From NCBI RefSeq assembly GCF_045689345.1, contig NZ_CP137162.1: a stretch of DNA of 32,000 nucleotides; one strand, 5' to 3'. The number at the start of each line of letters is the position of its first letter. Position 1 is the stretch's first letter. Shown here piece after piece: positions 21,221 through 30,464 of this stretch. A program made the position numbers and the translations under genes. Source of the stretch: Escherichia coli. Lineage in GTDB: Bacteria; Pseudomonadota; Gammaproteobacteria; Enterobacterales; Enterobacteriaceae. The notes beneath the pieces are model-generated. The model saw only the letters and a program-made list of their open reading frames with translations. It ran no database searches and was not told the origin of the DNA.

Positions 21221-21418
21221 CTTGTATTGATTAGCAGTCAAAATCATTGAAGAACATTTCACTCGCTAAAGGCAACATTATGTATCTTCAATTTATTAAG
21301 TTAAAAACAGCTCAGCTTCTGTAAAGTTTTTATATATCAGTTTTATGAGAATCATTTTACATAAGCCTGTAATAACAGGAAGGCAACAATCTCGTTCTCA
21401 ACTCTATGGAGATTAGTT

Positions 21419-23455
21419 ATGGATACGCCACGTCCACAGTTATTAGATTTTCAATTTCATCAGAATAACGACAGTTTTACCCTACATTTTCAACAACGTC
21501 TTATTTTAACCCATAGCAAAGATAATCCTTGTTTATGGATTGGCTCAGGTATAGCGGATATCGATATGTTCCGCGGTAATTTCAGCATTAAAGATAAACT
21601 ACAGGAGAAAATTGCGCTTACCGACGCCATCGTCAGCCAGTCACCGGATGGTTGGTTAATTCATTTCAGCCGTGGTTCTGACATTAGCGCCACGCTGAAT
21701 ATCTCTGCCGACGATCAGGGCCGTTTATTGCTGGAACTACAAAACGACAACCTTAACCACAACCGTATCTGGCTGCGCCTTGCCGCTCAACCAGAGGACC
21801 ATATCTACGGCTGCGGCGAACAGTTTTCCTACTTCGATCTGCGTGGCAAACCGTTCCCGCTATGGACCAGTGAACAAGGCGTTGGTCGCAACAAACAAAC
21901 CTATGTCACCTGGCAGGCCGACTGCAAAGAAAATGCGGGCGGCGACTATTACTGGACTTTCTTCCCACAGCCTACGTTTGTCAGCACGCAGAAGTATTAC
22001 TGCCATGTTGATAACAGTTGCTATATGAACTTCGACTTTAGTGCCCCGGAATACCATGAACTGGCGCTGTGGGAAGACAAAGCAACGCTGCGTTTTGAAT
22101 GTGCTGACACATACATTTCCCTGCTGGAAAAATTAACCGCCCTGCTGGGACGCCAGCCAGAACTGCCCGACTGGATTTATGACGGAGTAACGCTCGGCAT
22201 TCAGGGCGGGACGGAAGTGTGCCAGAAGAAACTGGACACCATGCGTAACGCGGGCGTGAAGGTCAACGGCATCTGGGCGCAGGACTGGTCCGGTATTCGT
22301 ATGACCTCTTTTGGCAAACGCGTGATGTGGAACTGGAAGTGGAACAGCGAAAACTACCCGCAACTGGATTCACGCATTAAGCAGTGGAATCAGGAGGGCG
22401 TGCAGTTCCTGGCCTATATCAACCCGTATGTTGCCAGCGATAAAGATCTCTGCGAAGAAGCGGCACAACACGGCTATCTGGCAAAAGATGCCTCTGGCGG
22501 TGACTATCTGGTGGAGTTTGGCGAGTTTTACGGCGGCGTTGTCGATCTCACTAATCCAGAAGCCTACGCCTGGTTCAAGGAAGTGATCAAAAAGAACATG
22601 ATTGAACTCGGCTGCGGCGGCTGGATGGCTGACTTCGGCGAGTATCTGCCCACCGACACGTACCTGCATAACGGCGTCAGTGCCGAAATTATGCATAACG
22701 CCTGGCCTGCGCTGTGGGCGAAGTGTAACTACGAAGCCCTTGAAGAAACGGGCAAGCTCGGCGAGATCCTTTTCTTTATGCGCGCCGGTTCTACCGGTAG
22801 CCAGAAATACTCCACCATGATGTGGGCGGGCGACCAGAACGTCGACTGGAGTCTCGACGATGGCCTGGCGTCGGTTGTCCCGGCGGCGCTGTCGCTGGCA
22901 ATGACCGGACATGGCCTGCACCACAGCGACATTGGCGGTTACACCACCCTGTTTGAGATGAAGCGCAGCAAAGAGCTGCTGCTGCGCTGGTGCGATTTCA
23001 GCGCCTTCACGCCGATGATGCGCACCCACGAAGGTAACCGTCCTGGCGACAACTGGCAGTTTGACGGCGACGCAGAAACCATCGCCCATTTCGCCCGTAT
23101 GACCACCGTCTTCACCACCCTGAAACCTTACCTGAAAGAGGCCGTCGCGCTGAATGCGAAGTCCGGCCTGCCGGTTATGCGCCCGCTGTTCCTGCATTAC
23201 GAAGACGATGCGCACACTTACACCCTGAAATATCAGTACCTGTTAGGTCGCGACATTCTGGTCGCTCCGGTGCATGAAGAAGGCCGTAGCGACTGGACGC
23301 TCTATCTGCCGGAGGATAACTGGGTCCACGCCTGGACGGGTGAAGCGTTCCGGGGCGGGGAAGTTACCGTTAATGCGCCCATCGGCAAGCCGCCGGTCTT
23401 TTATCGCGCCGATAGCGAATGGGCGGCACTGTTCGCGTCGTTAAAAAGCATCTAA
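21419..23455 (+). CDS. yihQ: Sulfoquinovosidase (GH31 alpha-glucosidase family)
   Basis: 678 aa, GH31 features (GIWAQDWSGIR, GGWMADFGEYLPTD nucleophile region, WAGDQNVDWS). Confidence 0.95.
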   Translation: MDTPRPQLLDFQFHQNNDSFTLHFQQRLILTHSKDNPCLWIGSGIADIDMFRGNFSIKDKLQEKIALTDAIVSQSPDGWLIHFSRGSDISATLNISADDQGRLLLELQNDNLNHNRIWLRLAAQPEDHIYGCGEQFSYFDLRGKPFPLWTSEQGVGRNKQTYVTWQADCKENAGGDYYWTFFPQPTFVSTQKYYCHVDNSCYMNFDFSAPEYHELALWEDKATLRFECADTYISLLEKLTALLGRQPELPDWIYDGVTLGIQGGTEVCQKKLDTMRNAGVKVNGIWAQDWSGIRMTSFGKRVMWNWKWNSENYPQLDSRIKQWNQEGVQFLAYINPYVASDKDLCEEAAQHGYLAKDASGGDYLVEFGEFYGGVVDLTNPEAYAWFKEVIKKNMIELGCGGWMADFGEYLPTDTYLHNGVSAEIMHNAWPALWAKCNYEALEETGKLGEILFFMRAGSTGSQKYSTMMWAGDQNVDWSLDDGLASVVPAALSLAMTGHGLHHSDIGGYTTLFEMKRSKELLLRWCDFSAFTPMMRTHEGNRPGDNWQFDGDAETIAHFARMTTVFTTLKPYLKEAVALNAKSGLPVMRPLFLHYEDDAHTYTLKYQYLLGRDILVAPVHEEGRSDWTLYLPEDNWVHAWTGEAFRGGEVTVNAPIGKPPVFYRADSEWAALFASLKSI

Positions 23456-23500
23456 TCACATCCGCCCGTGGGGAAACTCATGGGCAAAGGGAGAACATCG

Positions 23501-24886
23501 ATGAGTCACATCACAACGGAAGATCCAGCAACTTTACGCCTGCCCTTTAAAGAGAAACTCTCTTACGGTATTGGCGACCTGGCCTCTAACATCCTGCTGG
23601 ATATCGGTACGCTTTATCTTTTGAAGTTTTATACCGACGTTCTGGGGCTGCCAGGCACCTATGGCGGCATTATCTTTTTGATTTCAAAATTCTTTACTGC
23701 GTTTACCGATATGGGTACCGGCATTATGTTGGATTCCCGACGCAAGATCGGTCCAAAAGGTAAGTTCCGTCCTTTTATTCTGTATGCGTCATTCCCGGTC
23801 ACCTTACTGGCGATCGCCAACTTTGTCGGCACACCGTTTGATGTCACCGGTAAAACGGTGATGGCCACTATTCTGTTTATGCTTTACGGACTGTTTTTCA
23901 GCATGATGAACTGCTCCTACGGCGCAATGGTTCCCGCTATCACCAAAAACCCCAACGAACGCGCCTCACTGGCGGCATGGCGTCAGGGCGGCGCTACGCT
24001 GGGCCTGCTGCTGTGCACGGTGGGATTCGTGCCAGTTATGAATCTTATCGAAGGTAATCAGCAACTTGGCTATATCTTCGCCGCCACGCTGTTTTCACTG
24101 TTTGGCCTGCTGTTTATGTGGATCTGCTACTCGGGCGTGAAAGAGCGTTATGTCGAAACCCAGCCTGCTAATCCGGCGCAAAAGCCGGGCCTGCTGCAAT
24201 CTTTCCGCGCAATTGCGGGTAACCGCCCGCTGTTCATTCTGTGCATTGCCAACCTCTGCACTTTAGGGGCGTTTAACGTCAAGCTCGCCATCCAGGTCTA
24301 TTACACCCAGTACGTGCTTAACGATCCCATCCTGTTGTCGTATATGGGATTTTTCAGCATGGGCTGTATTTTCATCGGCGTATTCCTGATGCCTGCCTCA
24401 GTCAGACGTTTTGGCAAGAAGAAAGTTTATATCGGCGGCCTGCTGATTTGGGTGCTGGGCGATCTGCTCAACTATTTCTTCGGCGGCGGTTCGGTCAGCT
24501 TCGTGGCGTTCTCCTGCCTGGCGTTCTTTGGCTCAGCGTTTGTTAACAGCCTGAACTGGGCGCTGGTTTCCGACACCGTCGAGTACGGCGAGTGGCGCAC
24601 CGGCGTGCGTTCGGAAGGAACGGTCTACACCGGTTTTACCTTCTTTCGCAAAGTGTCTCAGGCGCTGGCTGGTTTCTTCCCCGGCTGGATGCTGACGCAA
24701 ATTGGCTATGTGCCGAACGTCGCACAGGCTGACCACACCATTGAAGGGTTACGCCAGTTGATCTTCATCTACCCAAGCGCACTGGCGGTAGTCACCATTG
24801 TGGCGATGGGTTGCTTCTACAGCCTGAACGAGAAGATGTATGTCCGCATTGTGGAAGAGATAGAAGCCCGTAAACGCACGGCGTAA
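23501..24886 (+). CDS. yihP: YihP, GPH-family (glycoside-pentoside-hexuronide:cation) symporter
   Basis: 461 aa from MSHITTEDP; GPH signature region (LSYGIGDLASNILLDIGTLYLLKFYTDVLGL). Paralogous to yihO. Confidence 0.9.
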   Translation: MSHITTEDPATLRLPFKEKLSYGIGDLASNILLDIGTLYLLKFYTDVLGLPGTYGGIIFLISKFFTAFTDMGTGIMLDSRRKIGPKGKFRPFILYASFPVTLLAIANFVGTPFDVTGKTVMATILFMLYGLFFSMMNCSYGAMVPAITKNPNERASLAAWRQGGATLGLLLCTVGFVPVMNLIEGNQQLGYIFAATLFSLFGLLFMWICYSGVKERYVETQPANPAQKPGLLQSFRAIAGNRPLFILCIANLCTLGAFNVKLAIQVYYTQYVLNDPILLSYMGFFSMGCIFIGVFLMPASVRRFGKKKVYIGGLLIWVLGDLLNYFFGGGSVSFVAFSCLAFFGSAFVNSLNWALVSDTVEYGEWRTGVRSEGTVYTGFTFFRKVSQALAGFFPGWMLTQIGYVPNVAQADHTIEGLRQLIFIYPSALAVVTIVAMGCFYSLNEKMYVRIVEEIEARKRTA

Positions 24887-24928
24887 TAATAATAAACGAC
24901 GCCCTGCGGGGCGTTATAAGGAGTGATT

Positions 24929-26332
24929 ATGTCTGACCATAATCCACTGACATTAAAACTGAATCTGCGGGAAAAAATCGCCTATGGTATGGGCGACGTC
25001 GGTTCGAATTTAATGCTCTGCATCGGTACTCTGTATCTCCTCAAATTTTATACCGATGAATTAGGGATGCCTGCTTACTATGGCGGGATTATCTTTCTGG
25101 TGGCGAAGTTTTTTACCGCGTTTACCGATATGCTCACCGGATTTTTACTCGACTCGCGGAAAAATATTGGGCCTAAAGGCAAATTTCGTCCCTTTATTTT
25201 ATATGCAGCGGTTCCGGCGGCGTTAATTGCAACGCTCCAGTTTATCGCCACCACCTTTTGTTTGCCGGTTAAAACGACGATTGCCACCGCGCTGTTTATG
25301 ATGTTTGGACTTTCATACAGTCTGATGAACTGCTCGTATGGTGCGATGATCCCGGCAATTACCAAAAACCCGAATGAGCGCGCGCAGCTCGCGGCTTACC
25401 GCCAGGGTGGTGCAACCATAGGGCTATTGATTTGTACCGTGGCGTTTATTCCGTTGCAGTCGCTTTTTTCTGACTCAACCGTCGGTTATGCCTGTGCGGC
25501 ACTTATGTTCTCCATTGGCGGCTTTATTTTTATGATGCTGTGCTACAGAGGCGTCAAAGAGCATTATGTGGACACAGCGCCAACCGGACATAAAGCCAGT
25601 ATTCTCAAATCTTTTTGCGCGATATTTCGTAATCCACCATTGCTGGTTTTATGCATTGCTAACCTGTGTACTCTGGCGGCATTTAATATCAAACTGGCGA
25701 TTCAGGTCTATTACACCCAGTATGTGCTGAATGATATTAATTTATTGTCGTGGATGGGATTCTTCAGTATGGGATGCATCCTCGTCGGCGTATTACTGGT
25801 GCCAGTAACTGTAAAATGTTTTGGTAAAAAACAGGTTTATTTAGCTGGCATGGTGCTATGGGCGGTGGGTGATATACTGAATTATTTCTGGGGAAGTAAC
25901 TCTTTCACTTTCGTCATGTTCTCTTGTGTCGCCTTTTTTGGCACGGCCTTTGTAAACAGCCTGAACTGGGCACTGGTACCAGATACCGTAGATTACGGTG
26001 AATGGAAAACCGGTATTCGTGCCGAAGGTTCTGTTTATACCGGTTATACCTTCTTTCGTAAAATTTCTGCCGCACTTGCTGGCTTCTTGCCAGGCATTAT
26101 GCTGACGCAAATTGGTTATGTTCCCAACATCGCGCAAAGCGATGCGACATTACAGGGTTTGCGTCAGCTCATTTTTATCTGGCCTTGTGCACTGGCAATT
26201 ATTGCTGCATTGACGATGGGATTCTTTTACACACTCAATGAAAAACGGTTTGCATTGATTATTGAGGAAATCAACCAACGCAAAAATAAAGAGATGGCGA
26301 CAGAAGAAAAAACGGCTTCCGTAACGTTATAA
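24929..26332 (+). CDS. yihO: YihO, GPH-family symporter, putative sulfoquinovose importer
   Basis: 467 aa from MSDHNPLTLKLN; strongly similar throughout to yihP. Confidence 0.92.
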   Translation: MSDHNPLTLKLNLREKIAYGMGDVGSNLMLCIGTLYLLKFYTDELGMPAYYGGIIFLVAKFFTAFTDMLTGFLLDSRKNIGPKGKFRPFILYAAVPAALIATLQFIATTFCLPVKTTIATALFMMFGLSYSLMNCSYGAMIPAITKNPNERAQLAAYRQGGATIGLLICTVAFIPLQSLFSDSTVGYACAALMFSIGGFIFMMLCYRGVKEHYVDTAPTGHKASILKSFCAIFRNPPLLVLCIANLCTLAAFNIKLAIQVYYTQYVLNDINLLSWMGFFSMGCILVGVLLVPVTVKCFGKKQVYLAGMVLWAVGDILNYFWGSNSFTFVMFSCVAFFGTAFVNSLNWALVPDTVDYGEWKTGIRAEGSVYTGYTFFRKISAALAGFLPGIMLTQIGYVPNIAQSDATLQGLRQLIFIWPCALAIIAALTMGFFYTLNEKRFALIIEEINQRKNKEMATEEKTASVTL

Positions 26333-26399
26333 ATGTCAATAGCCGCTATTTCCATTCTGGTGGGTGGCGGCCTCCCTACGTTTAAAAAATGGACTTATT

Positions 26400-27092
26400 A
26401 TGAAAAAGATTAATGCAATAATTTTATTATCTTCTCTGACCTCTGCCTCGGTATTTGCTGGCGCATACGTCGAAAACAGGGAGGCATATAATCTTGCCTC
26501 CGATCAGGGCGAGGTTATGCTACGTGTGGGTTATAACTTCGATATGGGCGCGGGTATTATGTTAACCAATACCTACACCTTTCAGCGAGAAGATGAACTA
26601 AAACATGGCTATAATGAAATTGAAGGTTGGTATCCTTTATTCAAACCAACCGATAAATTAACCATCCAGCCCGGTGGCTTAATTAATGATAAGAGTATCG
26701 GTTCGGGTGGTGCAGTGTATCTGGACGTCAACTATAAATTTGTACCATGGTTTAATCTGACAGTACGAAATCGCTATAACCATAATAACTATAGTTCAAC
26801 AGATTTGAGCGGGGAACTGGATAATAATGACACCTATGAAATTGGCACCTACTGGAATTTTAAAATCACCGATAAATTTTCCTATACATTTGAGCCACAT
26901 TATTTCATACGCGTAAATGACTTTAATAGCAGCAATGGAAAAGATCATCACTGGGAAATCACTAATACCTTCCGTTATCGCATTAATGAACACTGGCTGC
27001 CTTATTTCGAATTACGTTGGTTAGATCGTAATGTCGAACCGTACCACCGCGAGCAAAACCAGATTCGTATCGGGACGAAGTATTTCTTCTGA
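26400..27092 (+). CDS. ompL: OmpL, KdgM-family outer-membrane porin
   Basis: 230 aa from MKKINAIILLSSLTSASVFAGAYVE; signal peptide, beta-barrel-like alternation, C-terminal aromatic (..RIGTKYFF). Confidence 0.93.
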   Translation: MKKINAIILLSSLTSASVFAGAYVENREAYNLASDQGEVMLRVGYNFDMGAGIMLTNTYTFQREDELKHGYNEIEGWYPLFKPTDKLTIQPGGLINDKSIGSGGAVYLDVNYKFVPWFNLTVRNRYNHNNYSSTDLSGELDNNDTYEIGTYWNFKITDKFSYTFEPHYFIRVNDFNSSNGKDHHWEITNTFRYRINEHWLPYFELRWLDRNVEPYHREQNQIRIGTKYFF

Positions 27093-27100
27093 TGTGAAAC

Positions 27101-27177
<77 letters not shown>

Positions 27178-27182
27178 ATTAA

Positions 27183-28448
27183 TCAAGCTTCAGCCGCCAG
27201 CATCTCTTTCTTACGTTGGCTAATTCGCTTAACCAGCATTACGGAAACCACCGCACCACAGAATGCGAAGCAGGCCATAATGCCAAACACGATTTTGTAG
27301 CCAATAATCCCCGGATTTAAATCCAGAATGTAGCCATACAGACTGAAGCAGAACATCGCCGGAGCGTAACCAATAAAGCTACCCAACGCCATCGCCGCGC
27401 CTGTTTTATTTTCAGCAATTTTTGCTTCGCCGATAGGTGCAAAAAATACGGCTCGCTGTGTAAAGACTATCGCGCCAAAGCCCAGCGTACATGCCATCCC
27501 TAAATAGACCGGCATACTTTCGTGCGGCAGCATAATCAACAGTACGAGCGCAGCGGTACTGATGATAAAGGTGTAGCATAGATATTTACTCGGCGATTTC
27601 AGGATCTTATCTGAAATCATGCCACCAATCGGTCCACCAATCATTTTCAGACAGTATTGGTTAATGATGCCGTAAGCCCCCACCAGCGCAACGGGCAATA
27701 GATAGATGTTTTTCAGGAATGGAATGAAGAATGTCAGGCCACAGTAAACCGCGTAAACGAAGAAGACGTTAAAAGCAATAAGCCAGATAGTTTTGTCTTT
27801 CAGCACCGAGGTCATACTGGTGTTTTTCGATGCTCCGTCTTCTTTTTTCACCTCGACGGACGGTGCCTCTTCTTTGTCATTCAGAACAAAGAAAATGATA
27901 ATGCCTACGGCAATCACAATAAGGGAATAGAACCAGATGCCTGCTTTAAAACCCAATAAGCCACTGCCAAACCAGGTAAATACTGCCAACGCAGAAAATG
28001 CCACCACGGTATCGACAATGCCACGCCCTGTTTCGAAGAAGCCAAACAACCGACCTTGTTGTTCGCTATTGCCCAATCGACTCACCGACTTGAGCAAGAC
28101 CGGCCAGTTCATCATGTCGCAAGTAACGCCAAATAGCGCCCAGACAAAGAGGATGCCCCAATACCCCGGCATTGTCGTCAAATAAACACCCAGTAATCCT
28201 GTCGCAATGAGTGAGAATGACATGGTGTATCTGCGCGGTAGTTTATCGGCAAAATAAATAGACAGAAAAAAACCCACTGTCGTGACAAATGAGTTTACCG
28301 ACATAGCATTACCAATTTGACCATTGGTCAAATGGAAATATTCCTGCATCGGGATATAAAACGCATCTTTCAGCGACGGTAATTTATAAATTGTACCGCC
28401 ACACAATGTTAATAGACTAAATAACGCCCATTTCTTTTTCGTGAGCAT
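27183..28448 (-). CDS. yihN: YihN, major facilitator superfamily transporter
   Basis: 421 aa, about 12 hydrophobic segments. Confidence 0.92.
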   Translation of the reverse strand: MLTKKKWALFSLLTLCGGTIYKLPSLKDAFYIPMQEYFHLTNGQIGNAMSVNSFVTTVGFFLSIYFADKLPRRYTMSFSLIATGLLGVYLTTMPGYWGILFVWALFGVTCDMMNWPVLLKSVSRLGNSEQQGRLFGFFETGRGIVDTVVAFSALAVFTWFGSGLLGFKAGIWFYSLIVIAVGIIIFFVLNDKEEAPSVEVKKEDGASKNTSMTSVLKDKTIWLIAFNVFFVYAVYCGLTFFIPFLKNIYLLPVALVGAYGIINQYCLKMIGGPIGGMISDKILKSPSKYLCYTFIISTAALVLLIMLPHESMPVYLGMACTLGFGAIVFTQRAVFFAPIGEAKIAENKTGAAMALGSFIGYAPAMFCFSLYGYILDLNPGIIGYKIVFGIMACFAFCGAVVSVMLVKRISQRKKEMLAAEA

Positions 28449-28466
28449 AACATCCCCTAAGCGATT

Positions 28467-28486
28467 TTTAAAATCACTGTTTTAAA
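28467..28486. promoter_or_regulatory. Inverted repeat upstream of yihN
   Basis: TTTAAAA-TCACTG-TTTTAAA, 18 bp upstream of the yihN start. Confidence 0.3.
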
Positions 28487-28549
28487 GGCAATAAGATACC
28501 GACCATTCATATGGAATGGTTTTATTAACTGCGTATGAGTTAAAACTTA

Positions 28550-29530
28550 TTAGTGGTTCAGAAGATGGTTTGCCTCTTGTTTGATTTGTTGTAGTACGTT
28601 ACGCACATGATTTATCTGATTAATTGCATCTTCTTTTTCTTTACGTAACGGCGCATCCAGTAAATGATTTTCTGGCAATGGTGTTTCACTCATCTGGCGA
28701 TAAGGGATCCACGGATTATCATCTTCGTCTTCAAAGCGGAACGCCGGCGCATAGTAATCAACCTCTTCTTCCAGGCCATATGCCGTCACCTGCGGCTCAT
28801 CATCACCCAGGCATATAAGGTGCGTTAATAACGCTTTGAACGGCATATCACCCTGACCTGAAATACAGGCTTTATGACCCAGGCCACCCGGTTCTTTAAC
28901 GATCAAGGCATCTTTGATATGGACCTGGGTAATATGCGGCGCCATCGTTTTTAAAGCGTCGATGGGATGCTCATTTGCATTGATCATGTTCGCAAAATCA
29001 AACAGTAAGGAAAGAGATTCCATCTCACTTTCTTTGACCAGCGACACCAGCTCATGGCTTTTTAAATCTTCATGCTGTTCGATCGTAAAAGTCAGGCCGC
29101 TGTCCTGATACGTTTCCCGTACATAGGCAATGTCGTTAGCGATGATCGATAATACGTCGCGCAAATTACCTTCATAACGTGGATAAAAACGTACGGACGA
29201 TGCCCCAGTTTTCAACGCAATGGCGACGGCTTCGTCAATAGATGCCTTATCTGAGGCGCTGGTTTCAATATGAATATCAAGGTTCAGACGGCGGGCTTTA
29301 TCTCCAAAGGCAGAGAGTTCTTTATCGTCCATATTACCAAGAGAAAAACGCTCGCCATCCAGAACATGGATTTTGACGCCACGTAGATTATTTTCACTTG
29401 CGATATCAAGTAAATCAGCAGGCAACACTCTTTCCAGCCGCATATTTAAATGAAAGGCATAAGCATGTAAATAAAGAGGAAGAGTGTCGACACGTTGTAG
29501 AATCTTTCTTGCGTTATTTATTGTCACCAT
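28550..29530 (-). CDS. yihM: YihM, xylose-isomerase-like TIM-barrel / sugar phosphate isomerase-epimerase family protein
   Basis: 326 aa, pattern of AP-endonuclease-2-type sugar isomerases (DFANMINANEHPIDALKTMAPHITQVHIKD). Confidence 0.88.
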   Translation of the reverse strand: MVTINNARKILQRVDTLPLYLHAYAFHLNMRLERVLPADLLDIASENNLRGVKIHVLDGERFSLGNMDDKELSAFGDKARRLNLDIHIETSASDKASIDEAVAIALKTGASSVRFYPRYEGNLRDVLSIIANDIAYVRETYQDSGLTFTIEQHEDLKSHELVSLVKESEMESLSLLFDFANMINANEHPIDALKTMAPHITQVHIKDALIVKEPGGLGHKACISGQGDMPFKALLTHLICLGDDEPQVTAYGLEEEVDYYAPAFRFEDEDDNPWIPYRQMSETPLPENHLLDAPLRKEKEDAINQINHVRNVLQQIKQEANHLLNH

Positions 29531-29537
29531 AAAACAC

Positions 29538-30248
29538 CTACAGATTAATGATGAGGTCTACGGCCTCAAATCGCCAATATTCAATATCTATCTGGACAAT
29601 ATTGCCTTGCTGGTCGGCGCGATGCTTTTCAATTAAGATCGCTGGCATACCCGCAGAACCGCCAAGATACTTGCTGATATCGCCCGGCATTCTGACGGGT
29701 TTGAAAATCAATTTTTTTACTACCGTCTCTTTTTGGTAGCACTTTTCCCAGACTGAAGAAAATGAGTGGTTTTCAAGTTGTTCAATAAAACCCGGAGCAA
29801 CTTCAGGATTAATATATGTTTCGTGATAGAAAACTTTATGTCCTTCCAGCGCCCCCCAGCCGGTGATGCGATAGAGTTCAGTTGATGGCGTCACTGCAAT
29901 CAGTGGCGCGAGCGTCTCGGGAATATCGCTGGTACGGCTTTTCTCGGTAAACCCCCAGGAAGGTTCCCGCCCTTGCTCAATTGCGGCCCGCTGAAAGCTC
30001 GCCGACAGCTCCGGGCTGTAATTAAATCGCGGCTGAGTCACGAACCACCCTTTACGATCCTTACGGAAGATTTTGGATTCTGCTTCGAGGTTCAGCAACG
30101 CCTGGCGCAGCGTCATACGTTTAATGCCCAGCAGTTCTCCCAGCTCTCTTTCTGAAGGGAGTTTTCCACCCGGCGTGGTGATGCCATCTTTCAACCACCG
30201 ATCCAGTTTCTCTTTTGCATTTTCTACGGTGGATTGATTCTCCGCCAT
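29538..30248 (-). CDS. yihL: YihL, GntR-family (HutC/UTRA type) transcriptional regulator
   Basis: 236 aa, GntR HTH (TPGGKLPSERELGELLGIKRMTLRQALLNLEAESKIFRKDRKGWFV) and UTRA-like C-terminus. Confidence 0.92.
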   Translation of the reverse strand: MAENQSTVENAKEKLDRWLKDGITTPGGKLPSERELGELLGIKRMTLRQALLNLEAESKIFRKDRKGWFVTQPRFNYSPELSASFQRAAIEQGREPSWGFTEKSRTSDIPETLAPLIAVTPSTELYRITGWGALEGHKVFYHETYINPEVAPGFIEQLENHSFSSVWEKCYQKETVVKKLIFKPVRMPGDISKYLGGSAGMPAILIEKHRADQQGNIVQIDIEYWRFEAVDLIINL

Positions 30249-30261
30249 TGTTTAATCCTTT

Positions 30262-30273
30262 TGGTTTAAACCA
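30262..30273. promoter_or_regulatory. Perfect 12-bp palindrome upstream of yihL, candidate YihL operator
   Basis: TGGTTTAAACCA, 13 bp upstream of the yihL start; resembles the symmetric GGT..ACC sites of HutC-subfamily GntR proteins. Confidence 0.45.
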
Positions 30274-30411
30274 GATGAAGCATCTTACGCTTACGCCAAA
30301 AAAGAAAGCAATTAACGGCGTATGACTTTGCAGATAATTGTGACAAAGCTCTCTATTGACGTAATCCCAGACTTATAAGGGAGATACTCGCATTGGTGTG
30401 CGCTCACGACA

Positions 30412-30448
30412 GGTAAAAAAAAACCTGCCAGCGATGGCAGGTTTTTTA
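30412..30448 (-). terminator. Rho-independent terminator downstream of typA (likely bidirectional)
   Basis: AAAAAAAA-AACCTGCCA-GCGA-TGGCAGGTT-TTTTT; U-tract equivalents on both strands. Confidence 0.9.
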
Positions 30449-30464
30449 TAACTAAAAAACGAAA

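Noticed and set aside
22370-23215. 281-aa minus-strand ORF antisense to yihQ
   Set aside because: Fully overlapped by the well-supported GH31 gene; composition typical of a complementary-strand frame.
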